Assembly (NCBI GenBank): GCA_964611295.1
Contig: CAZSWV010000002.1
Location: 8,303 to 72,302 of the forward strand
Direction: 5' to 3'
Source: an uncultured Thermodesulfobacteriota bacterium
GTDB lineage: Bacteria > Desulfobacterota > B13-G15
Length of the DNA stretch: 64,000 nucleotides
Shown here: piece by piece, positions 55,996 through 64,000 of the stretch
Layout: the number at the start of each line of letters is the position of its first letter
How positions within the stretch are numbered: position 1 is the first letter of the stretch
Program-made: the position numbers and the translations under genes
The notes under the pieces: model-generated
The model's database searches: none
Told to the model about the DNA's origin: nothing
What the model saw: only the letters and a program-made list of their open reading frames with translations

Positions 55996-58755
55996 TTAGT
56001 CTTTTTCTACTTTGATGCCCTCCTCTATTGCCGCTTGAGCTGCAGCGAGTTTGGCTATGGGTACTCGCAAAGGCGAACAACTCACGTAATCCAAACCGAT
56101 ACGATGACAGAATTTTACAGAATGAGGCTCTCCTCCATGTTCGCCACATATCCCAAGCTTTAGATCGGTTCGCACACTACGCCCCTTTTGAGCCGCAATG
56201 GCCATAAGTTGCCCTACCCCGTTCACATCAAGTCTGGCAAAAGGATCATACTCCCAAATGGACTTTTCCAAATAAACCCTAAGGAACTTGCCTGCGTCAT
56301 CTCTACTAATTCCAAACACTGTTTGAGTCAAATCGTTTGTTCCGAAGGAGAAGAATTCGGCCACTTGTGCGATCTCATCTGCCACGAGGGCTCCCCGTGG
56401 TACCTCTATCATTGTGCCTATTTTATATTGGATTGATACACCGTAGCGTTTAAAGACTTCTTGCGCCACTTTATCGATTATTTCCTTCTGATCCCTTAGT
56501 TCGTTCACGTGTCCCACTAAGGGCACCATGATCTCGGGTTTGACATCTATTCCGTCTTCCAATTTCACTTCACATGCTGCTTCAAAAATGGCGCGCGCTT
56601 GCATTTCGGTGATCTCAGGATAGGTGATGCCTAACCTACACCCCCTATGCCCCAGCATGGGGTTGGCTTCCTTTAAGGTTTCAACTTTAGTTTTAAGTTC
56701 CTCAGGGGAAATGCCTAATTTTGATGCTACTTCCTTTATTTCTTGTTCTGTATGGGGTAAAAACTCATGCAGAGGGGGATCCAGTGTCCTTATCGTTACA
56801 GGCAATCCACCCATGACCCTGAATATCTCCTTGAAGTCCTCTTTCTGCATAGGCAATAGTTCAGCTAAGGCTTCCTCACGACTTTTTCGATCGTGGGCCA
56901 GGATCATCTTTCTCATAGAATATATCCTTTCGCCCTCGAAGAACATGTGTTCGGTTCGGCAAAGGCCTATCCCTTCGGCTCCAAAGGCGAGTCCTAAAGC
57001 CGCTTGTTCAGGTCTGTCAGCGTTTACCCTTACCTTTAACCTACGCTTCTTGTCGGCCCAGCGCATGAGCTTATCAAAGATTTGATATTGCAAAGATGCC
57101 TCTGGGCTTAGTCTTTTTTCCACTAAGACCTGAAGTACCTCCGAAGGCTTTGTGGTGACTTTGCCCAAAATTACTTCACCTGTTGTGCCGTCTATTGATA
57201 AGTAATCGCCTTCCTTCACCACATGCCCGTTTACTTCCATCTGTCGTTTACCGTATTCGATCTTTAAAGCCTCACACCCAACTACGCAAACCTTACCCAT
57301 TTGCCTAGCAACCAACGCAGCATGTGAGGTCATACCACCACGTGAAGTCAAAATCCCTTGGGCCACACTCATGCCCCTGATATCCTCAGGAGATGTTTCA
57401 ACCCTTACTAGTAACACAGGCTCCCCTTGCTGGGCCCAAATTTCAGCATCTGAAGGGAAAAAGACCACACGCCCTGTAGCAGCTCCAGGCCCCGCTGGAA
57501 GGCCTTTTGCTACCACCCTACCCTCTTTTCTGGCTTTTTCCTTCTCATCAGGGTCAAAAATCGGACGTAGAAGTTGGTTTAATTGATCGGGCTCTATCCG
57601 TAACAAGGCCTCTTCTTCCTTCAATATCCCTTCTTCCACCATATCGACAGCAATCCTCATTGCTGCTAAACCCGTCCTTTTGCCAGATCGCGTTTGCAGT
57701 ATCCATAATTTTCCTCTTTCAACAGTAAATTCTACATCTTGCATATCTTTGAAGTGGCGCTCTAACAACTTACAGTATCTCTCTAACTCCTTATATACTT
57801 CTGGCATTGCTTCTTCAAGAGAAAGCATATCTTCTCTAAGTTTCTGTTGTTTATTAATAGGCTGAGGAGTACGGATACCAGCAACAACATCTTCTCCTTG
57901 CGCATTTGGCAAATACTCTCCATACAATCTGTTTTCACCTGTTGCAGGGTCTCTAGTGAATACCACACCTGTACAAGAGTCAAATCCCATATTACCAAAA
58001 ACCATTGCTTGAACGGTAACAGCGGTACCTAATTCATCGGATATATCGTTAAGTCTCCTATAAGCAATCGCGCGAGGGTTATTCCATGATCTGAAAACTG
58101 CCCCTATTGCGTTCCAGAGTTGTTCTTCTGGGTCTTGAGGGAACTCTATACCTTTTCTACGTCTGATTTCATCTTTGAAAGCAGCTATTACCTCTTTTAG
58201 GTCTTCTACAGTAAGTTCATGATCGTATTTGACTCCTTTTCTTTTCTTCATTTGTTCCATGATGGCTTCAAAAGGATCTACCTCGTCTTTTTCCTCAGGT
58301 TTAAGTCCTAGGACTACATCGCCGTACATTGCGATCAAACGTCTATAACAGTCGTAAGCGAACCTTTCATTACCCGTGAGTAAAGCAAGGCCTTCTACAG
58401 TTTGATCGTTCAATCCTAAGTTCAAAACAGTGTCCATCATACCGGGCATGCTGATAGGGGCACCTGACCTTACCGATACTAAAAGGGGATAACGGGGATC
58501 TCCAAACTTTCTACCCACCGTTTCCTCTATTTTAGACAAGGCAGCTTTTACCTCTTCTTTTAAGCCTTTAGGATAAGCTCCGCCGTTGGCGTAGTAAAAA
58601 CGGCAAACCTCCGTTGTGATCGTAAAACCAGGAGGTACTGGTATTCCTAAATTAGTTAACTCTGCCAGGTTTGCACCTTTTCCGCCCAGTAGGTCCTTCA
58701 TTTTTGCATTACCTTCAGCCTTCCCTTTTCCAAAGAAGTAAACTAATTTGGACAT
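55996..58755 (-). CDS. ppdK: Pyruvate, phosphate dikinase
   Basis: [51 protein letters not shown]. Confidence 0.98.
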   Translation of the reverse strand: MSKLVYFFGKGKAEGNAKMKDLLGGKGANLAELTNLGIPVPPGFTITTEVCRFYYANGGAYPKGLKEEVKAALSKIEETVGRKFGDPRYPLLVSVRSGAPISMPGMMDTVLNLGLNDQTVEGLALLTGNERFAYDCYRRLIAMYGDVVLGLKPEEKDEVDPFEAIMEQMKKRKGVKYDHELTVEDLKEVIAAFKDEIRRRKGIEFPQDPEEQLWNAIGAVFRSWNNPRAIAYRRLNDISDELGTAVTVQAMVFGNMGFDSCTGVVFTRDPATGENRLYGEYLPNAQGEDVVAGIRTPQPINKQQKLREDMLSLEEAMPEVYKELERYCKLLERHFKDMQDVEFTVERGKLWILQTRSGKRTGLAAMRIAVDMVEEGILKEEEALLRIEPDQLNQLLRPIFDPDEKEKARKEGRVVAKGLPAGPGAATGRVVFFPSDAEIWAQQGEPVLLVRVETSPEDIRGMSVAQGILTSRGGMTSHAALVARQMGKVCVVGCEALKIEYGKRQMEVNGHVVKEGDYLSIDGTTGEVILGKVTTKPSEVLQVLVEKRLSPEASLQYQIFDKLMRWADKKRRLKVRVNADRPEQAALGLAFGAEGIGLCRTEHMFFEGERIYSMRKMILAHDRKSREEALAELLPMQKEDFKEIFRVMGGLPVTIRTLDPPLHEFLPHTEQEIKEVASKLGISPEELKTKVETLKEANPMLGHRGCRLGITYPEITEMQARAIFEAACEVKLEDGIDVKPEIMVPLVGHVNELRDQKEIIDKVAQEVFKRYGVSIQYKIGTMIEVPRGALVADEIAQVAEFFSFGTNDLTQTVFGISRDDAGKFLRVYLEKSIWEYDPFARLDVNGVGQLMAIAAQKGRSVRTDLKLGICGEHGGEPHSVKFCHRIGLDYVSCSPLRVPIAKLAAAQAAIEEGIKVEKD

Positions 58756-58830
58756 GTTTTTCCCTCCTAAGAGATGTCAATATCTCTATAAACAATCTTA
58801 ACACATATGCGAATATAACCAAAATACCCT

Positions 58831-59796
58831 TTATGTGAAGACACGCAAACAAGCAACGAAGCGTCCTTTTTCTGTCCCTTTTAAAAACGGTACTTCATTT
58901 TTACATCTCTCTATTCTTTCCGGACAACGATGATAAAAGGCACAACCTTCAGAAATACCTTTAAAATTCATTGGTTCCTCGTTAAGAAATGGGATAGACA
59001 AACTTTTAGAGCCCAATTTCAAAACAGATGCCAGAAGCCCCTTTGTATAGGGATGAAGAGGTGATGTGAGGATTTCTCTTTTTGGCCCAAATTCAACGAT
59101 TTTACCTAAATACATAACTGCGATTCGGTTCGCTATGTACTCTATTATTCCTATGTCATGAGAAATGAATAGATACGTCAATTGCATTTTTTCTTTCAGT
59201 TCTATAAACAACTTCAATATTTGAGCCTGGACAGAAACATCCAAAGCACTTAAAGGTTCATCAGCGATTATGAATTCAGGATCTAATATTATGGCTCTTG
59301 CTATAGCAATTCTCTGGCGTTGTCCTCCACTGAACTCATGGGGATATTTGTCAAGCACTTCTGGTGAAAGGCCGACTTTTTCAAGCACTTCTTCTATTTT
59401 TTCTTTACGCAATTTTTTATCGTTATAAAGGTTATGTATTTTTAAAGGTTCTTCAAGAATTTTAAGGATTTTTTTTCTAGGATTTAAGGAATCAAAAGGG
59501 TCTTGGAATATTATTTGGGTTCTTTTTCTGATAAATTTCAATTCGGGATCGCTAAGAGAAGTTAGGTTTATACCGTCGTAAATTATTATACCTTCGTCGG
59601 GCTCTTCTAATCTTAAAAGCAGTTTCGCCAATGTTGATTTGCCACAACCTGATTCGCCAACAAGTCCTAATGTTTCTCCTTTCTTGATATACAAATCCAC
59701 TCCATCTATTGCACGTATTCTATCATGGATTCCCCATATACCTTTCCTAAGGATATAAGTTTTCTTTAAACCTTTAGCCTCTATCAGAATCTGCAT
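58831..59796 (-). CDS. Oligopeptide/dipeptide ABC ATPase (OppF/DppF type)
   Basis: GESGCGKS, FSGGQRQR, ADEP, HPYT, C-terminal Cys motif. Confidence 0.9.
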   Translation of the reverse strand: MQILIEAKGLKKTYILRKGIWGIHDRIRAIDGVDLYIKKGETLGLVGESGCGKSTLAKLLLRLEEPDEGIIIYDGINLTSLSDPELKFIRKRTQIIFQDPFDSLNPRKKILKILEEPLKIHNLYNDKKLRKEKIEEVLEKVGLSPEVLDKYPHEFSGGQRQRIAIARAIILDPEFIIADEPLSALDVSVQAQILKLFIELKEKMQLTYLFISHDIGIIEYIANRIAVMYLGKIVEFGPKREILTSPLHPYTKGLLASVLKLGSKSLSIPFLNEEPMNFKGISEGCAFYHRCPERIERCKNEVPFLKGTEKGRFVACLRVFT

Positions 59797-60736
59797 GAAG
59801 CCAACATCTGATCTCTCTATCGTCAAGCTTTATCTTCGGTGGAACTTTTGTTTTGCATATATCCTCAGCTACTCCACATCTTGGATGAAAATAACACCCT
59901 GCGATCTTTTCAAAGGGCGAAGGTAAGCTACCGGGAATAGGTCTTAAAGGCTTTGAAGGCTCTACAGGTAAAGACTCCAATAACCCTTTTGTATATGGAT
60001 GTAATGGATTTGACAAAACAACTTCTGTAGGACCGCTTTCTACTATTGTGCCCATATACATAACCGATACAAAATCAGCTATATACGAAACTAACGCCAA
60101 ATTGTGTGTGATTAAAATCATAGTTAAATTTCGTTCTTTTACCAATTGATATAAAAGGTCTATAATCTGAGCTTGAATGCTAACATCAAGAGCTGTAGTG
60201 GGTTCATCGGCAATTAGCAATTTTGGCTCTCCTGCTAATGCTAATGCAATCATTACTCGTTGTTTCATCCCACCGCTTAACTGATGAGGATAACTTCTAT
60301 ATACAAGAATAGGGTTAGAAAAGCCTACGTTAGCCAATAATGCGAGAGCCTTTTCACAAGCTTCATTCTTTTTAAACCCATGATGAATTATTAGTGTTTC
60401 TATCAACTGTTCTCCAATACTTAAAACAGGATTTAATGCTCTTGAAGGTTCTTGAAATATCATAGAGATCTCTTTTCCTCGCATTTTTTGTAAAGTTTCT
60501 TCAGGAAGTTCCAGGAGGTTACAGCCTTCGTAAAGCACTTCTCCAAATACTTTACTGAAAGGTGGCAAAATTTTTAAAATAGATAAAGCCGTCATAGTTT
60601 TACCACATCCGGATTCGCCAACGAGGGCTAATATGCGTCCTTCCTTCACTTGGAAACTTACACCGTTCAATACTTGTAAGTAGCCCCTTGGAGTAAGGAG
60701 TTGGGTTCTGAGGTTTTTTACTTCTAACAGCGTCAT
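59774..60736 (-). CDS. Oligopeptide/dipeptide ABC ATPase (OppD/DppD type)
   Basis: GESGCGKT, LSGGMKQR, ADEPTTALD, HPYT, GC.FHPRC. Confidence 0.9.
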   Translation of the reverse strand: MTLLEVKNLRTQLLTPRGYLQVLNGVSFQVKEGRILALVGESGCGKTMTALSILKILPPFSKVFGEVLYEGCNLLELPEETLQKMRGKEISMIFQEPSRALNPVLSIGEQLIETLIIHHGFKKNEACEKALALLANVGFSNPILVYRSYPHQLSGGMKQRVMIALALAGEPKLLIADEPTTALDVSIQAQIIDLLYQLVKERNLTMILITHNLALVSYIADFVSVMYMGTIVESGPTEVVLSNPLHPYTKGLLESLPVEPSKPLRPIPGSLPSPFEKIAGCYFHPRCGVAEDICKTKVPPKIKLDDREIRCWLHADSDRG

Positions 60737-61509
60737 CTTTTAAGTTTTGTTCCAATCCAAATTATAACTGATATAATAAGCAGTATAATAGTTAAAGTTA
60801 ACATAAGCTGAATGTTTACAGGTGTCCTTTTTGTGTCTTTCTCAAATTTTTTATAAAGCACTTCAAGATTATTTGTTAAGAATATTTGTTTCTCTATCTC
60901 TTTTTTGACATCACCTAAGAGTCTGTTCATCACTTCTGATTGCCATCCGTCCTTAGAAGGAAGCAAAAGAGGTTTATAGAACTTCAAAAAATAATAAGCA
61001 ATCAGGTATGCATCTGCATTTTTGATTTCGTCAAGTTTAAAATGTGAGTTATCAACTAGCCATTTAGAAAATGCAACCATATTCAAATCGACTTTTTCGC
61101 CGAAGTTTTTTGTTGACATTCTCCTTATTTCAAAAGGTTTTGAGGTAATCATCAACCTTAAGATATTCTGGGTTTCTTTGATTTCATTTTCCATATCGCT
61201 ACGTCTTCTTTCCTGTAACAATTTAGAAAGGGTTAGTAAAATTTTAGTAGAAGGTGGCCATTGAAATTTCCTTCCTGTTTTAATTTGTGAAATCAAATTT
61301 GAAGCAGCTAGTTGAATGGCGACAAGCTTATAGGCTAAAAGGAAAAAGGTTTCGTCTGTAAGCTCAACGGATAAAAGGGATATCTGAGAAGGTTCATCAA
61401 AAGCCTTGGAGAGCGGGGGTACAGATCTTTCTTGGAGATTATATTCGCTAGCATGTGAAGGAATAATTTCAAGCAGATGGAAGATTATCAGACAAAACCA
61501 AAACCACAT
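60733..61509 (-). CDS. Hypothetical exported/membrane protein (N-terminal signal, C-terminal TM)
   Basis: 258-aa ORF overlapping the oppD-like start; hydrophobic termini. Confidence 0.6.
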   Translation of the reverse strand: MWFWFCLIIFHLLEIIPSHASEYNLQERSVPPLSKAFDEPSQISLLSVELTDETFFLLAYKLVAIQLAASNLISQIKTGRKFQWPPSTKILLTLSKLLQERRRSDMENEIKETQNILRLMITSKPFEIRRMSTKNFGEKVDLNMVAFSKWLVDNSHFKLDEIKNADAYLIAYYFLKFYKPLLLPSKDGWQSEVMNRLLGDVKKEIEKQIFLTNNLEVLYKKFEKDTKRTPVNIQLMLTLTIILLIISVIIWIGTKLKR

Positions 61510-61659
61510 CTTCTAACCCCAGTGGACCTATCTTTCTTAAAAGCCCTTAATAATACTATCAAAAAACATAAGCAAGCAAAGGCTTGAGGAAGGGGGTAAA
61601 ATTCTGATAAAAACAAATGGGGCTTCCGCTTTTTAAATTTCAGGTTGGGGGAGAAGGAT

Positions 61660-63429
61660 ATGAAACCGTTCGAAAAATGGATAGAAGAAGTGGCTTCACT
61701 TACTTGTCCCAAGGAGATCCACATTTGCGACGGTTCCGAGGAAGAAGCGGTGTGGATGATAAAAAAAGGAATGGAAGAAGAAAGAATAAATGGCAACCCC
61801 GTGTTTTATGAGTTAAATCAAAAAACATGGCCTACTGCTTATTTGCACAGAAGCCATCCCACAGATGTCGCCAGAACAGAACATCTTACATTTGTCTGTC
61901 ACCCTGAGAAAGATTTAGCCGGACCCAATAATAACTGGATGGATCCTGTAGAAGCAAAGCAGATACTTACTAGGCTTAGCAAGGGATGTATGCGCGGACG
62001 AACTATGTATGTACTGCCTTATGCAATGGGTAACTTAGATTCACCTTTTTGTAAATTATGTATTCAAGTAACGGATATAAGTTATGTAGCAGTCAGTATG
62101 CGTATTATGACCCATATGGGCAAGGACGTACTCGAAAAGATAGGGAATAGGGATGACTTCGTAAAAGGTATACATTCGATTGGTGATCTAGACCCTACGC
62201 GACGATACATAATGCATTTTCCTCAGGAAAACCTTGTGTGGAGTATAGGTTCAGGTTACGGCGGAAACGCTCTGCTTGGGAAGAAATGTTTTTCCTTACG
62301 GATAGCCTCTTGGCTTGGTTTTAAGGAAGGTTGGTTAGCTGAACATATGCTTATGATTGGTGTTGAGGATCCTGAGGGTAAGATCTACTACATATGTGGG
62401 GCCTTCCCTTCTGCATGTGGAAAGACAAACCTTGCCCTCCTAGAGTCGCCTTTGGCAGGTTACAAGGTTTGGACGTTAGGTGACGACATTGCGTGGTTAA
62501 GGATAGGAGAAGATGGACGTCTTTACGCCATGAACCCTGAAACGGGCTATTTCGGTGTAGCTCCTGGTACTTCATGGAAGACCAACCCAAACATGATGCG
62601 CACGCTGAAGGCTGCTAAATTCTTCCCTACCCTTTTCACTAACGTTGCGCTTGCTCCAGATACAAACGAACCCTTTTGGGAAGGTCTAGGGGAATTTCCA
62701 CAGAAGCTTCTCGACTGGCAAGGGAATCCGTGGGATCCCTCAAAGCCTTTCGCTGCTCACCCTAATTCTCGTTTTACGGTTTCCATCTTCAATACCCCTA
62801 CCCTTTCTCCAGAATTTTTTAACCCAAAAGGAGTTCCAGTTTCAGCTATTATAGTCGGCGTTCGTAGAAGCGACACAATCCCCTTGGTGGTGGAGGCCTT
62901 TGATTGGAAACACGGGGTATTCTTAGGAGCTAGGATGGGTTCTGAGATAACAGCTGCTGCACAAGATTTAAAAACAGGAACAGTAAGGAGAGATCCTTTT
63001 GCAATGCTTCCTTTTTGTGGTTACAATATGGCAGATTACTTCGCTCATTGGCTAGATATTGGTAAAAAGATAAAGCATCCTCCTAAGATATTCGCTGTAA
63101 ATTGGTTTAGGAAATCTCAAGATGGACGTTATTTGTGGCCTGGTTTCGGGGAAAACATCCGCATCCTCAAATGGATTATCGATAGGGTGAACGGAAAAGT
63201 AGAAGCACGTGAAACCCCTATAGGGCTAGTGCCTTACCCAAAAGACATATTAACCGAAGGTTTGGACTTAGAAGAAAAGGCTTTAGAAGAAGCACTTCGC
63301 GTAGATAAAAAAGAGTGGCAAAAAGAAGTAGAGGAGATCAAAAATTTCTTCTCACTTTTCGGTGAACGATTACCTTTTGAACTTCATGAGGAGCTTAGGA
63401 AACTGGAAGATAAAATTAAAAAATTATAA
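61660..63429 (+). CDS. pckG: Phosphoenolpyruvate carboxykinase (GTP)
   Basis: DVARTE, GSGYGGNALLGKKC, WLAEHM, FPSACGKTN, GDDIAW, HPNSRF, NWFRK. Confidence 0.96.
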   Translation: MKPFEKWIEEVASLTCPKEIHICDGSEEEAVWMIKKGMEEERINGNPVFYELNQKTWPTAYLHRSHPTDVARTEHLTFVCHPEKDLAGPNNNWMDPVEAKQILTRLSKGCMRGRTMYVLPYAMGNLDSPFCKLCIQVTDISYVAVSMRIMTHMGKDVLEKIGNRDDFVKGIHSIGDLDPTRRYIMHFPQENLVWSIGSGYGGNALLGKKCFSLRIASWLGFKEGWLAEHMLMIGVEDPEGKIYYICGAFPSACGKTNLALLESPLAGYKVWTLGDDIAWLRIGEDGRLYAMNPETGYFGVAPGTSWKTNPNMMRTLKAAKFFPTLFTNVALAPDTNEPFWEGLGEFPQKLLDWQGNPWDPSKPFAAHPNSRFTVSIFNTPTLSPEFFNPKGVPVSAIIVGVRRSDTIPLVVEAFDWKHGVFLGARMGSEITAAAQDLKTGTVRRDPFAMLPFCGYNMADYFAHWLDIGKKIKHPPKIFAVNWFRKSQDGRYLWPGFGENIRILKWIIDRVNGKVEARETPIGLVPYPKDILTEGLDLEEKALEEALRVDKKEWQKEVEEIKNFFSLFGERLPFELHEELRKLEDKIKKL

Positions 63430-63438
63430 CACAAAACT

Positions 63439-63849
63439 TTATAAAGCAGATTTCATGGCCTTCACAGGACATAAACGAACGCATTGCTCACATGCTACAC
63501 AGTTTTCCGGTTCAAAAGTAACGACCATATCAGGAGGTTTAACTTTTAAGGCACTTGTAGGGCATACTGCAATACATGCACCGCAATGAACACAGCTGTT
63601 ATCATCTCTCATAATGTCATGTTCGATTGGTTCAACAATAACACCTTTTGAAAGAAGGTATTGAACGCCTTCATGAAAGTTTTCCTCAGTCCCAGCGAGT
63701 TCTAAAACCATTAATCCTTCTTGTTTTGGAAGTATTATAGCTTTTAATATATTAAATTCTAGGTTAAAATCACTAGCAAGTCTATAAACGATTGGCTTAT
63801 TCCATGTTTGTGAAGTAAAACGAAGGACTATCTTTTTTTTGTATAGCAT
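63439..63849 (-). CDS. NIL-domain plus 2x[4Fe-4S] ferredoxin protein
   Basis: KPIVYRL..DFNLEFNILKA.I (NIL domain), CVHCGACIAVCP, CVACEQCVRLCP. Confidence 0.88.
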   Translation of the reverse strand: MLYKKKIVLRFTSQTWNKPIVYRLASDFNLEFNILKAIILPKQEGLMVLELAGTEENFHEGVQYLLSKGVIVEPIEHDIMRDDNSCVHCGACIAVCPTSALKVKPPDMVVTFEPENCVACEQCVRLCPVKAMKSAL

Positions 63850-64000
63850 TTATAGTACCTCCAATTTATAATTTCCCCATATCCCTATTTTGTCATTCAT
63901 GATAATTAAAATTCCCTTAATGCCTTCTATGTTTTTCCCATATGAAATTGCTGCCTTTATATCTCGATCTTCTCTCACTTTGTTTCCCAAAGCGGTTGCC
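63850..64000 (-). CDS. UPF0280/COG2122 (ApbE superfamily) protein, C-terminal part only
   Basis: Manual translation ATALGNKVREDRDIKAAISYGKNIEGIKGILIIMNDKIGIWGNYKLEVL*; stop abuts the NIL-ferredoxin ATG. Confidence 0.7.
   Translation of the reverse strand, partial: ATALGNKVREDRDIKAAISYGKNIEGIKGILIIMNDKIGIWGNYKLEVL

Noticed and set aside
61488-61811. ORFs 61488-61796 (-) and 61617-61811 (+)
   Set aside because: They overlap pckG and its promoter region in other frames

Overview
Gene-dense chromosomal segment from what looks like an anaerobic, probably thermophilic, diderm bacterium. The Desulfobacterota/deltaproteobacteria-like assignment is an inference from gene order, the tmRNA tag, a TonB receptor, GmhB and Glu/Lys-rich proteins. 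Contents in order: MFS/XdhC; a leuA-leuC-HAD-lysA-dapF-dapB operon; a 12.5 kb nitrogen-assimilation cluster (archaeal-type three-piece glutamate synthase, amtB, glnK, class I GATase, Gln-dependent nadE, glnA, an actinobacterial-type GlnR-like regulator, an archaeal-type NrpR, and a second FMN GltB-like protein); recG; a dienoyl-CoA hydratase-like enzyme plus activase; ftsY-smpB-tmRNA; an AT-rich patch with an mscL pseudogene and a frameshifted DUF1003 gene; a divergent beta-clamp-like gene next to amrS; a cobalamin-riboswitch operon (btuB, AsnB synthetase domain, DUF71, btuF); a long housekeeping run from xseA to secG; etfBA; a sirtuin; tRNA-Lys; a second rsmE operon; queH, ppdK, oppDF, pckG; and a NIL-ferredoxin/UPF0280 pair. 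The strongest signal is two different DNA motifs, each present twice in the nitrogen cluster and placed like an activator box (GlnR-like) and a repressor operator (NrpR-like), which implies a hybrid GlnR+NrpR nitrogen circuit. Other leads are the clamp-like paralog, a putative corrinoid re-amidation module, and local strand-composition flips centred on regulatory sites. No CRISPR array, integrase or transposase was seen. Family assignments come from motif recognition by eye, not database searches.
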